Shown: positions 20,913 to 30,281 of the stretch, in pieces
How the letters are laid out: every line of letters starts with the position of its first letter
How positions within the stretch are numbered: the first letter of the stretch is position 1
Origin: an uncultured Bacteroidales bacterium
Lineage (GTDB): Bacteria > Bacteroidota > Bacteroidia > Bacteroidales > JAGOPY01
Reading direction: 5' to 3'
Length of the DNA: 64,000 nucleotides
Assembly: GCA_964489545.1 (NCBI GenBank)
Contig: CAZAZE010000001.1
Location: forward strand, 337,412-401,411
The notes under the pieces: generated by a model
Told to the model about the DNA's origin: nothing
The model's input: only the letters and a program-made list of their open reading frames with translations
Database searches by the model: none
Position numbers and translations under genes: made by a program

Positions 20913-22937
20913 TCAGAATATCATCCGGAACATCTCTTCCCCCTCAAGGACCATGGGTTCCAGGCTCTCTACGAGTTTTTTATACTTTTTGTACGTCTCC
21001 CTCGGCTGCCTTTCGCCGTTGATGTACATGGCTTTGCCGTCGAGTTCCACGACGTACTTCTTCCCTCTGACCGTCAGACCGTCATCCCTCAGTTCCTGAC
21101 GGATGATCCGCTCCGCGCTTTTCACGGCCGGGGCCGCCGGCGGGGATTGTTCCGTCCAGTGCCATACTTCAGGAGCGCCCGGCGGGGCCACGATTACGCG
21201 CATCTCGTCCATCTTCCGCTGCATCTCGTGATGCTGTTTTGCCACTTCCCGGTGCATTTTGTCTGCCTCCTGCCACTGAAATTCATAATCCCTGTACAAG
21301 CGGGGCGCTTCTTCCGCCCATTTTACCGCATCGTCGAAATACTCATACCGGAATTCCGGAAGATCAATGATACCGGGTGCATGACGCTTCGGATCAAAGC
21401 CATAAAACTGGAAGCCCCCTTCGGTGACGATCGTGGTGTCAAGATCACCGGGCAGGACAATCGTGTTGCCCCGGCTGATCACCCGGACAGAATCGCCTTC
21501 CTTGATCACGATCACCTTGCGCAGGCTGTCCAGCGATTCGGCGTTCTTCTTCAATACGATCACCTCTTTTTCGATCATTTCCTTATCCCGTTCATAATCA
21601 CCGATCCGGTCTTCCAGCGTTTCCACCAGAATCTCCAGCGTCTCCTGGTCGCCCTCTTTAATGGTATCGGTGTAAACCCGCACGGTGACTTTTCCCGAAC
21701 CGGATCTGGCTTCAAGCGTATCCGGACCGGTTACACCTGATGACGGGTTCAAGACTGGGGCCGCTATGCCCGTTTCAGCCGGAGGGTCGATAAATGACAT
21801 GGGCAGCAGGTTGGTTTCATTCTCAAACGACTCACCGCCGCTCAGGTCGTAAGCGGTCGGGATACGAACGCCGGCGGATTCATCGGCGGCGCCGGCATTC
21901 AGCACATTGGCCGATATGCCCGTGATCAGGCCGGCCAGCAGAAAACAGGCGACGAGGCCTTCCATGAAGCCTTTGCGGGCCTGTTCGGGATGGATTAACC
22001 GGGTGATCCGGTGCAGTAATTTTTTCCTGGGGCCAGTGATGGCCGGGACCAGGGAAACGGATGGAGCATTTTTCTCTTCCATGGCAGTTAAAGCTTTGAT
22101 ATAGTTAATTCGATCTTTTGAAACACTTAATGCGATATCGTCGCAGATATGCTCTCTTTCCTGCCGGATCTGTCCGGAAAGCCACCAGGTGACGGGGTGA
22201 TAGAAAAAGACCACTTCCACAAACGACTGGAGCAGGTTCAACAGGTAATCACGCCGGCGGATGTGCGCCAGTTCATGGAGCAGGATGGCTTCGATCATCT
22301 GGACCGGGATGCCCGACAGCATCCCCAGGGGCAGGAGGATCACAGGGCGCAGGTAGCCGGCCGTAACCGGAACACTGACCAGTGTGGATTCCGCCAGCCT
22401 GACCGCCTGGTCCAGGCCGATGCGGTGGGAAAGGTCACGCACTCTTTCGTTCCAAGCCCGGTCGGCCTCTTTCAGGCGATAATGCCGGATCCGGTGCAGG
22501 AACAGCATCGAACCCGTAAATTTCATGAAGAAAATTGTGAACCCTGACAGCCAGAGCAGGAACATCCAATGCGTACTTCCATCCAGGAATGATCGAAGGG
22601 AATCGAACCATACCGACCGGTCGCCAGCGGGTGCCAGGCCGGTTGCCTGAGGCTGCAATCCAGGGGCTGGCACAATATCCCCCTGACCTGCAGAAACCAT
22701 CGCAACGGGCGTCTGAGCGCTATAGACAACGGTAAAGGTAGCCAGAAAAAAGACCGGGATCAAGGCCATTAATGAGTACAGGACCGCGTAACGGATCGTC
22801 GGATCCTTCCTCCGCAGCAACATCATCAGGATGGCGGAAACCAGGAACAGGATCATGCCCTGCCACAAAGAATGAAGGAGGGTCCATCCGAATGCCCGGA
22901 TAAATTCAGAAGAAAGGAAAGAAACCAGGCTATTCAT
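20913..22937 (-). CDS. BlaR1/MecR1-like M56 family membrane metalloprotease (signal-transducing anti-repressor) with an unrecognised C-terminal domain
   Basis: N-terminal TM segments, zinc motif HELAHIRRRDY, and a 4-bp overlap (ATGA) with the upstream BlaI-family gene. I see no penicillin-binding (SxxK) sensor. Confidence 0.82.
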   Translation of the reverse strand: MNSLVSFLSSEFIRAFGWTLLHSLWQGMILFLVSAILMMLLRRKDPTIRYAVLYSLMALIPVFFLATFTVVYSAQTPVAMVSAGQGDIVPAPGLQPQATGLAPAGDRSVWFDSLRSFLDGSTHWMFLLWLSGFTIFFMKFTGSMLFLHRIRHYRLKEADRAWNERVRDLSHRIGLDQAVRLAESTLVSVPVTAGYLRPVILLPLGMLSGIPVQMIEAILLHELAHIRRRDYLLNLLQSFVEVVFFYHPVTWWLSGQIRQEREHICDDIALSVSKDRINYIKALTAMEEKNAPSVSLVPAITGPRKKLLHRITRLIHPEQARKGFMEGLVACFLLAGLITGISANVLNAGAADESAGVRIPTAYDLSGGESFENETNLLPMSFIDPPAETGIAAPVLNPSSGVTGPDTLEARSGSGKVTVRVYTDTIKEGDQETLEILVETLEDRIGDYERDKEMIEKEVIVLKKNAESLDSLRKVIVIKEGDSVRVISRGNTIVLPGDLDTTIVTEGGFQFYGFDPKRHAPGIIDLPEFRYEYFDDAVKWAEEAPRLYRDYEFQWQEADKMHREVAKQHHEMQRKMDEMRVIVAPPGAPEVWHWTEQSPPAAPAVKSAERIIRQELRDDGLTVRGKKYVVELDGKAMYINGERQPRETYKKYKKLVESLEPMVLEGEEMFRMIF

Positions 22938-23314
22938 GACTGTTCCTCCTCCAGTTTTCTGATGAGCTCCTTAATTTCCCTGAGTTCCTCTTCTGAGGTA
23001 CGGTGATTGCCCAGGGCCTGCATGACCAGCTTGGAGGCCGAACCGCTGAAAGCGGTCTTCAGCAAACGGTCCATCAGTGTGATCTGCATCTCCTCCTGCT
23101 TCAGTAAGGGGCGATAAATATGTGTGCGGCCATCCATGGTGCGGTCAACCATCCCCTTTTCAAACATGATCTGCATCAACTTAAGGGTGGTCGTATAGCC
23201 CGTGTTTTTTCGCACACTGAGCCGATCGTTCACAAATCGGACGGTCGACGGGCCGCGCTCCCATAATATGGCCAGGATCTCCAGTTCTGAATCCGTAGGT
23301 TTGTTCGGTTTCAT
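22934..23314 (-). CDS. BlaI/MecI/CopY family transcriptional repressor
   Basis: 126 aa with a winged-helix N-terminus, SELEILAILWERGPSTVRFVNDRL...GYTTTLKLMQIMFEKG. Confidence 0.88.
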   Translation of the reverse strand: MKPNKPTDSELEILAILWERGPSTVRFVNDRLSVRKNTGYTTTLKLMQIMFEKGMVDRTMDGRTHIYRPLLKQEEMQITLMDRLLKTAFSGSASKLVMQALGNHRTSEEELREIKELIRKLEEEQS

Positions 23315-23326
23315 GTAATCTTATAT

Positions 23327-23342
23327 TACGAATGATTTCGTA
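23327..23342. promoter_or_regulatory. Candidate BlaI-family operator 1 (TACGAA-N4-TTCGTA palindrome)
   Basis: TACGAATGATTTCGTA lies 13 nt upstream of the repressor start codon. Confidence 0.5.
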
Positions 23343-23383
23343 AACAAAGATATTAGAATCCAAAACCTGAAGTCAAGCATATA

Positions 23384-23399
23384 TACGAATAATTTCGTA
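23384..23399. promoter_or_regulatory. Candidate BlaI-family operator 2 (TACGAA-N4-TTCGTA palindrome)
   Basis: TACGAATAATTTCGTA is a second copy with the same half-sites, 57 nt from the first. Confidence 0.5.
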
Positions 23400-23408
23400 A
23401 AAAATGTT

Positions 23409-23444
23409 AAAAAAGAAGGGATCCCTTGGTGGACAAGGGATCCC
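23409..23444 (-). terminator. Rho-independent terminator of the lipoprotein gene 23470-23949
   Basis: The minus strand reads GGGATCCCTT-gtccacc-AAGGGATCCC followed by TTCTTTTTT. Confidence 0.7.
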
Positions 23445-23469
23445 GGTGAAGATTGAAGGGAATGGGTAT

Positions 23470-23949
23470 TTACTTGGAAAAATTGGCTGAAAAGCTGCCT
23501 TCGCTGATCGTCACCATAACACCTGATGTATTTTTTGCCGTAAATTCAAAGGTACCGGACACTTTGCCGGAAGTAAGTTCCGTGATGGTGCAGGTTCCGG
23601 AGCCTTGCCCGAGGAACGTGGAGTACGTGTCGGTGGTAGCCAGGCCTGCAGTCCATCGGCCGCTGTTCTCGGCGGTCATCGAACCGCCCAGGGTGTAAGT
23701 ACCGGTGCTGGAAACGTTCACCAAAGTGATGTTGCATTGTTTTGCGTTGCTATCGCTACCTGTAACACTGATCACGCCATTCGAGTTAACGGCCTGAACG
23801 GTAAGTGAGGCCGACCAATCCTGGCCATCCGCCTTCAGGGTAAGATTTCCTGCGGATCCGACCGGGCCGCCATCATCATCTTTAGAACAGGATGTAAAGG
23901 TCATCGCGAAGGCGATCATGAACAAATAAAAAACAGTTGTTTTTTTCAT
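23470..23949 (-). CDS. Hypothetical lipoprotein
   Basis: Lipobox (AMTFTSC), Gly/Ser/Thr-rich, predicted beta-rich, 159 aa. Confidence 0.6.
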   Translation of the reverse strand: MKKTTVFYLFMIAFAMTFTSCSKDDDGGPVGSAGNLTLKADGQDWSASLTVQAVNSNGVISVTGSDSNAKQCNITLVNVSSTGTYTLGGSMTAENSGRWTAGLATTDTYSTFLGQGSGTCTITELTSGKVSGTFEFTAKNTSGVMVTISEGSFSANFSK

Positions 23950-24042
23950 CTTTTGCGTTTTTTAGATGGTTAATTATTTAGATCAAATCTAAAAAACCCG
24001 TTCCGGCCGGTGAAATTATTTAACAAAAAATTAAGAAAATAG

Positions 24043-26232
24043 TCAGAGTTTCACGGCACGGGTTACCCCGCTGATCCGGGAAATGCGTTGCAGCAGATCG
24101 TTCAGCGAATGATTGCTGTGCACGGAAAGCTTGATGATGCCGTTGAATATACCTTTGGCAACGCTGATTTTAACCGAGATCATATTGACTTTAAGGTCGC
24201 GGGAGATGATCTGGGAAATCTCATTCATGATCCCGATCCGGTCTGTGCCGGTCACCTGGATTGAAGCGCGGAAGACGCTTTCATCCTCCATTCCCTTCCA
24301 TTGGACCTCAATTTTTCGATATCCGTAACGGTTCAGCAACTGATCCGCATTAGGGCAGTCGCGCCGGTGAATGGTGATGCCTTTGGAAATGGTCACGAAC
24401 CCGAATACCGGGTCGCCCGGAGCGGGATTGCAGCATTTGGCCAGCCGGTAATTCACCTTTTTCAGGGTCCGGTCGATCAGCAGCACATCGTCCTGGTCCT
24501 GTTCGGCCAGTCTGGCGGAGGAGGTCCTGCCTTCCCGCGAAGGTGCGGGCCGTGCGGGCTCCTCTTCCCTGACGGGCTCGGATGTGAGGAACCTTTTGAT
24601 CTCGATAAGGTCCAGCTTCTGCTGGTAGATCATCCCGTACAGTTCCAGGGATGAAGACAGCTTGTATTTCCTGATGAGCTTGTCGATGTTTTCATCCACA
24701 AACGGGATCTTCCAGTTTCGGAACTTCCGCCTGAGGATTTCATTTCCCTTTTCCGCCTCAATGAATTGTTCCTCCTTCAGGGCCCTTTTAATCTTGTTCT
24801 TCGCCTTGGTGGTCACCACAAAATTCAGCCAGTCCATTTTGGGCCGCTGGTTCTTGGAAGTGATGATCTCCACTTTATCTCCGTTATGAAGGGCCTGTTT
24901 CAGGGGAACGATCTTATTGTTCACCTTGGCCCCGGTGCATGAATAGCCCACGTTGGTGTGCACTTCAAAGGCAAAATCCAGGATCGTGGCTCCAAGATCC
25001 AGTTCTTTCAGGTCGCCCGTAGGGGTGAAGACGAATACCTTGTTTTCTTTTTGCTTTCTCTGTACGGTTTCCGTATCATCAAATGCGATCTGTTCGGGGT
25101 GCTCGATGATATCCCGGACCTGGAGCAGCCATTTGTCGGTATCTTCCTTTGAGCCGAACCCTTTGTAGCGCCAGTGCGCCGCCTGGCCCTTCTCCGCGAT
25201 CTCATCCATGCGCGCCGTGCGGATCTGCACCTCCACCCATCGGTTATTGGGGCCGTTCACCGTCGTGTGCAGCGATTCATATCCCGATGCCTTGGGGGTC
25301 GATATCCAGTCGCGGAGCCGTTTGGGATTGGGCGTATAGATATTGGTGACGATGGAATAGGCCCTCCAGCAATCTGATTTCTCATTTTCGGCCGTCGAGT
25401 TGAGGATGATCCGGATGGCAAAAAGGTCAAATACCTGATCGAATTCCACATCCTGCGCCTTCATCTTATTCCAGATGGAAGGGATGGATTTCGGCCGGCC
25501 TTTGATCTCAAAGCTGAAGCCCTGCCGGAACAATTCACGCTGGATCGGGGCGATGAATTCATTGATGAAGGCATTGCGTTTGGATTCCGTATCGCGTATG
25601 CTCTGGGCAATCTTCTGGTAGATATCGGGGTGGGAGAACTTCATGGAAAGATCTTCCAGTTCCTTCTTTACGCGATAGAGGCCCAGGCGGTGTGCAATAG
25701 GGCTGTACAGGTGGTTGACTTCGCTGATATACCGGTTCTGGTATTCCCCGGGCAGCTTATCGATCATGCGCATATCCCGGAGCCGGTGGGCCAGTTTGAG
25801 CAGGATCACCCGGATATCGTCGACAACGGCCAGGAAGAGTTTCCTGAAGGTATCAGACTGAAGGGACACCTTGTTTGTCGGCAATTCACTGATCCGGGCA
25901 TAGCTGTTGACCAGGCTGAAAATAGCCGGGCCGAACTCTTTTCTTACCAAGTCGGCGTCGGCGAAGCGCATGGTGACCACATCGTGGAGGACGGCGGCCA
26001 CAGCCGCCTGGATTCCCAGCCCCATCTCCTCGATGGCGATTCGTGCGAAGGACAGGGCATGCACGATCATCAGCTCACCGGAGAGGTGCCTGGCTTCGCC
26101 GTAAGCACTGGAGGCATATGCAATGGCTTTACTCAGCAACTGGAGGTCAGCATCTTTGCCCAACCCCTGTGCCGCAGCCATCAGCGCCTCTTTCCTGGCG
26201 TTGATTATCTGCAGGTCGCTATCCGTGATCAT
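24043..26232 (-). CDS. Bifunctional (p)ppGpp synthetase/hydrolase, RelA/SpoT homolog
   Basis: 729 aa with an HD hydrolase region (VLHDVV), a RelA/SpoT synthetase core (YESLHTTV), and TGS and ACT-like C-terminal parts. Confidence 0.93.
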   Translation of the reverse strand: MITDSDLQIINARKEALMAAAQGLGKDADLQLLSKAIAYASSAYGEARHLSGELMIVHALSFARIAIEEMGLGIQAAVAAVLHDVVTMRFADADLVRKEFGPAIFSLVNSYARISELPTNKVSLQSDTFRKLFLAVVDDIRVILLKLAHRLRDMRMIDKLPGEYQNRYISEVNHLYSPIAHRLGLYRVKKELEDLSMKFSHPDIYQKIAQSIRDTESKRNAFINEFIAPIQRELFRQGFSFEIKGRPKSIPSIWNKMKAQDVEFDQVFDLFAIRIILNSTAENEKSDCWRAYSIVTNIYTPNPKRLRDWISTPKASGYESLHTTVNGPNNRWVEVQIRTARMDEIAEKGQAAHWRYKGFGSKEDTDKWLLQVRDIIEHPEQIAFDDTETVQRKQKENKVFVFTPTGDLKELDLGATILDFAFEVHTNVGYSCTGAKVNNKIVPLKQALHNGDKVEIITSKNQRPKMDWLNFVVTTKAKNKIKRALKEEQFIEAEKGNEILRRKFRNWKIPFVDENIDKLIRKYKLSSSLELYGMIYQQKLDLIEIKRFLTSEPVREEEPARPAPSREGRTSSARLAEQDQDDVLLIDRTLKKVNYRLAKCCNPAPGDPVFGFVTISKGITIHRRDCPNADQLLNRYGYRKIEVQWKGMEDESVFRASIQVTGTDRIGIMNEISQIISRDLKVNMISVKISVAKGIFNGIIKLSVHSNHSLNDLLQRISRISGVTRAVKL

Positions 26233-26249
26233 AAGGTCCGGCGCCCGGT

Positions 26250-27266
26250 TCAGAAGCTGTCCTTGTCGTTGTCCTTAATCCCTTTCTTGGGTTTGGAGGA
26301 GGGAGGCTCCGCGATGGAGTCGCGCATCTTGGTATCCGCCTTGATGTTCTGGTAGCGTTGATAATCCATGATGCCCAGATTACCCATACGGAAGGCTTCG
26401 GCGATGGATTTCGGGATCTCGGCCTCGGCCTGGATGAGATTGGCCCGCGACTCTTCGGCTTTTGCCCGCATTTCCTGTTCCCGGGCGACGGCCATGGCGC
26501 GGCGCTCCTCTGCCCGTGCCTGGGCAATGTTCTTGTCGGCGTTGGCCTGGTCCATCTGCAGCAGCGCACCGATGTTCTTGCCCACATCGATGTCTGCGAT
26601 GTCAATGGACAGGATTTCGAAAGCGGTCCCGGAGTCAAGCCCTTTGTCGAGCACCAGTTTGGAGATGCTGTCGGGGTTTTCCAGTACGAGCTTATGTGAC
26701 TGTGCAGAGCCGATGGAAGAAACGATCCCCTCTCCTACCCTGGCCAGCACGGTTTCTTCACCGGCGCCGCCGACGAGTTGCTTGATGTTGGCACGCACGG
26801 TAACCCTGGCTTTGGCGATCAGCTGGATCCCGTCCTTGGCGACGGCCGTAACGGGCGGTGTATCGATCACTTTCGGATTGACCGACATTTTCACGGCTTC
26901 CAGCACATCCCGGCCCGCGAGGTCAATGGCGGTCGCCGTCTGGAAGTCGAGGTTCATATTGGCTTTATCGGCAGAGATCAGGGCATTGACCACCCGGGTT
27001 ACGTTGCCACCGGCCAGAAAGTGCGCTTCCAATGCATTGCGGTTAAGTGAAAGTCCTGCTTTGGTCGCGGCGATCAGGCTGTTGACGATGATCGTCACCG
27101 GCACTTTTCTCCAGCGCATGATGACCAGCTGCAACAGTGAGATCCGCACCCCTGAGACCAGCGCCTTGAACCAGATCCCTACGGGAATGAAGTAAAAAAT
27201 CAACCAGATGGCGAAAATCGCGCCCAGCCCGATGGCTACAATAACAAATACCTGTGAGTTACCCAT
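26250..27266 (-). CDS. floA: Flotillin-like protein FloA (UPF0365/YqfA family, SPFH domain)
   Basis: 338 aa. The N-terminal TM helix plus [30 protein letters not shown] is characteristic of FloA. It is followed by an nfeD gene. Confidence 0.85.
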   Translation of the reverse strand: MGNSQVFVIVAIGLGAIFAIWLIFYFIPVGIWFKALVSGVRISLLQLVIMRWRKVPVTIIVNSLIAATKAGLSLNRNALEAHFLAGGNVTRVVNALISADKANMNLDFQTATAIDLAGRDVLEAVKMSVNPKVIDTPPVTAVAKDGIQLIAKARVTVRANIKQLVGGAGEETVLARVGEGIVSSIGSAQSHKLVLENPDSISKLVLDKGLDSGTAFEILSIDIADIDVGKNIGALLQMDQANADKNIAQARAEERRAMAVAREQEMRAKAEESRANLIQAEAEIPKSIAEAFRMGNLGIMDYQRYQNIKADTKMRDSIAEPPSSKPKKGIKDNDKDSF

Positions 27267-27271
27267 GAGTT

Positions 27272-27739
27272 CTATTCTTTTCGTTTAACATATATTTTAT
27301 TGTGATCGACCTTTTCAACCTCTATCGTGGTTTGCTGGTCGATGAAATCTCCATTGGTCCGGACCTCAAAAAATTCGCCGTTGATCAGGGCTTTCCCCAT
27401 CGGCGCAAGACGAGAGACGGTTTTACCCTCATCCCCGACCTTTATCTTCTGTGCGTCGACCACATTGACCTTGCTGTCAATATTGGTCGACAGCATCAGC
27501 CTCTTCCAGGTCCTTCCCCTGAGCGAGAGAACCAGCGTAAGGACCGTCAGCAGGAATGTTCCGGCCAGCACCAGGTGCCCTGCCAGCATGCCGTAAACGG
27601 CGTAGGTTTGCCAGACGCCGACCGCAATGAGGATAAACCCGATAACGCCCGCAATGCCGACACCGGGAATGACGAGGATTTCCAGGACCAGGAATAAAAG
27701 GCCCAGGACGATGAACGTTGCGATGAGCAACCAATGCAT
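27272..27739 (-). CDS. NfeD family membrane protein
   Basis: Three N-terminal TM helices plus a C-terminal OB-like domain ([27 protein letters not shown]). Partner of floA. Confidence 0.8.
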   Translation of the reverse strand: MHWLLIATFIVLGLLFLVLEILVIPGVGIAGVIGFILIAVGVWQTYAVYGMLAGHLVLAGTFLLTVLTLVLSLRGRTWKRLMLSTNIDSKVNVVDAQKIKVGDEGKTVSRLAPMGKALINGEFFEVRTNGDFIDQQTTIEVEKVDHNKIYVKRKE

Positions 27740-27742
27740 AGG

Positions 27743-28015
27743 TTATATGATTTTAACGGTTAATTCCCGGTCGGTCATCTCATCCGAGGCGGTCTTCAAT
27801 TCTTCCAATGATCCGGTCATGATGCCGCATCTGCCATTGTAATGCGCTATCAGCGCGCATTGCTCGGCCTGTAGTGCGTCATGGTTACAGACTTCAATCA
27901 GGCTTTCAATGACATGTTCGAACGTATTGACGTCATCGTTGAAAAGGATCAGTTCCCTGTTTTCCGGAGGGGTCTCCAGGGGCTTGCCTGACGGCTTGAG
28001 TTTTTCCTTCACCAT
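27743..28015 (-). CDS. clpS: ATP-dependent Clp protease adaptor ClpS
   Basis: 90 aa, LILFNDDVNTFEHVIESLIEVCNHDALQAEQCALIAH. Confidence 0.9.
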   Translation of the reverse strand: MVKEKLKPSGKPLETPPENRELILFNDDVNTFEHVIESLIEVCNHDALQAEQCALIAHYNGRCGIMTGSLEELKTASDEMTDRELTVKII

Positions 28016-28122
28016 TTCTGTCCTGCTTATTCAGAATAAAATTAATTAAAATTCGGATATGGGCGCCGGGAAGCGAAATTAATAAAAAAAAGCCATTTTT
28101 GCAGCATGGAAATCCAAAACCA

Positions 28123-28761
28123 ATGGATGATTTTCAGCGATTTATCCTGAGCCTGGAGAAAGGTTTAAAACAGCCCCTCCCCGGCCTGGAAGCCCAATTG
28201 CGCATGGCCGGCCTGCGGAGGATTATCCGGGAAGGCCGCATGGAAGCCCCGGATGACGCGCGTAAAGCCGCGGTTTTGGTCCTGTTCTATCCTTCAGGGC
28301 CAGACGTCATGCTGGTTTTTATGAAACGGAACGAATACCCGGGCGTGCACAGCGGGCAGGTATCTTTCCCCGGCGGCGGCATGGAACCTCAGGATCCGGA
28401 TATGGAGCAAACGGCGCTGCGTGAAACCCAGGAAGAACTGGGTGTCCGGGCCTCAACAGTCAGGGTCATCGGAAGGCTCAGCGAGCTGTACATTCCTCCA
28501 AGTAACTTCCTGGTCACTCCGGTAGTGGGTTATGCCACGAAGCGGCCAGAATTCCGCCCCGATCCAGGGGAAGTCGCCGGGATCATAGAGGTCAGGCTGA
28601 GTGATCTTTTGCGTTCGGGAACGATTCAGCAAAAAGAGATCGAACTATTCCCCTCGGCAAGAATAGAAGTACCCTGCTTTTTTGTGAACGACACCATTAT
28701 CTGGGGTGCAACGGCTATGATGCTCAGCGAACTGATCGCCGTGGTCAGGGAATTATCCTGA
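28123..28761 (+). CDS. NUDIX hydrolase (CoA pyrophosphatase-like)
   Basis: Nudix box GGGMEPQDPDMEQTALRETQEELG. The ORF-track TTG start at 28099 is replaced by the in-frame ATG 28123. Confidence 0.8.
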   Translation: MDDFQRFILSLEKGLKQPLPGLEAQLRMAGLRRIIREGRMEAPDDARKAAVLVLFYPSGPDVMLVFMKRNEYPGVHSGQVSFPGGGMEPQDPDMEQTALRETQEELGVRASTVRVIGRLSELYIPPSNFLVTPVVGYATKRPEFRPDPGEVAGIIEVRLSDLLRSGTIQQKEIELFPSARIEVPCFFVNDTIIWGATAMMLSELIAVVRELS

Positions 28762-29161
28762 TCTCGTGGGTCAGTTCTGCACCATGGCGCAACAGCGCAC
28801 TGACACCGCAATAACGGTCTTGTGACAGGCTGACTGCCTTTTCTACTTTTTCCGGATCGATGTCCTGGCCTTTCAGTTCATAGATCATATGGATCTTGTG
28901 GTAATACTTCGGATGCTCTTCCGTCAGTTCGCCTTCAACCGAAACGTTGAAATATTCCGGCTCAATCCTCATTTTCTTCAGGATGGAGATCACGTCCATG
29001 CCGGTGCACCCGGCAAGTGATACCAGCGTCAGCGGTTTCGGCCTCGGGCCCTGGTTCTGTCCGCCAACTGCCGGATCAGCGTCCAGCATCATCTTAAAAC
29101 CATTCATATCGGCCTCAAAAGCCATATCGCTCTTCCAGAGGCAATCTATCTTAGTTTTCAT
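28745..29161 (-). CDS. OsmC family peroxiredoxin-like protein
   Basis: 138 aa with two conserved Cys contexts (LAGCTGMD, DRYCGVS). Confidence 0.8.
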   Translation of the reverse strand: MKTKIDCLWKSDMAFEADMNGFKMMLDADPAVGGQNQGPRPKPLTLVSLAGCTGMDVISILKKMRIEPEYFNVSVEGELTEEHPKYYHKIHMIYELKGQDIDPEKVEKAVSLSQDRYCGVSALLRHGAELTHEIRIIP

Positions 29162-29222
29162 AGGGTCATTTTTTTTTGCAAAGATACGAAACAGCTGAAA
29201 AACTGATTAGTCCGGGGAGCGG

Positions 29223-30275
29223 TCAATTGAACCAGAACCCGTTGGGGATGATACCGGCACGGAAAGAATCTAATAGCGCGCCGTCAGCAGGGTCAAAGCG
29301 GTAAATCATACCGTTCTGGACATAATCCAGGGGATCCGCCGCATAAATGAGGCCTGTTTTTTCATCAAATCCGAGCCCGTAGAAATATATATCCGAAGGG
29401 ATCAGCGGCATGTTGCTCAGTGACGGGTTATCAACTGATACGCTGAAAATACCTCCGGGATGGAAATAGTACAGCACATCCCCCGTTTCATTGGCAATGA
29501 GTTGCTCGGGGTGAAGGTCGGCAGCAGGAAACTGCAGCGAATGCAAAATTTCCAGGGAAACCGGATCGATGCAGTATAGCGCGCCCTGTGTATCCGTATC
29601 CGGGTTTGGAAAACCGTTATACCCCAGCCCGGAGCACAACACCCATACCCTGCCTGACTTGTCCGCCACAATCCCGGCCGGTCGGTCGGCCAATGTGAGC
29701 GTTACCACTTCATCATTCCCCGGATCCACCACCGAAATCCTATTATCAGATCCCCATGCCCCTGTATTCATGACAAAGAGCCGCCCGGAAGCGATGAGCA
29801 TTTCATCGGGCCCGGCCCCGGTCGGAATATCACCGGTCTTGCTGAACGTGTTGACGTCAATTTTCGCGATAATATTGTCCCAGGATGAGACATAGGCGGT
29901 TTCCTCATAAAAAACGATGTACCTCGGGCTGTTCACCTGGTCGATCGAAGCTACGGACTTAAAATCCTGCATATTGACCACCTCGACTCGGTTGCTGTTG
30001 TTGACAGCAATCCAGGCCAGATCACGGTACACGGCGATTGATTGGACAATGTTTCCCAGGGGCCGCCCATTGGCCTGTTCAAACAGATCGGAGGTGACCG
30101 TGCCGCTGTCACGGTCAAACGCCATCACCGTTCCGGAACCATTCTGGAAAGGTCCTTCGTTGATGATAAAAACGCTGTTCTTCCACTGGCTGTCCGGCTG
30201 AGCACTGTCTTTGTCACATGAGAATAAGAACGCGGCTGTAGCCGCAATGAGAATCAAATTTGAAATGTAACGCAT
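29223..30275 (-). CDS. Surface lipoprotein, YncE-like beta-propeller; candidate B12-capture partner of BtuB (BtuG-like by context)
   Basis: Lipobox (AFLFSC) and repeated blade-like segments. It is co-directional with, and 6 nt downstream of, the riboswitch-controlled TonB-dependent receptor. Confidence 0.6.
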   Translation of the reverse strand: MRYISNLILIAATAAFLFSCDKDSAQPDSQWKNSVFIINEGPFQNGSGTVMAFDRDSGTVTSDLFEQANGRPLGNIVQSIAVYRDLAWIAVNNSNRVEVVNMQDFKSVASIDQVNSPRYIVFYEETAYVSSWDNIIAKIDVNTFSKTGDIPTGAGPDEMLIASGRLFVMNTGAWGSDNRISVVDPGNDEVVTLTLADRPAGIVADKSGRVWVLCSGLGYNGFPNPDTDTQGALYCIDPVSLEILHSLQFPAADLHPEQLIANETGDVLYYFHPGGIFSVSVDNPSLSNMPLIPSDIYFYGLGFDEKTGLIYAADPLDYVQNGMIYRFDPADGALLDSFRAGIIPNGFWFN

Positions 30276-30281
30276 GAAATA

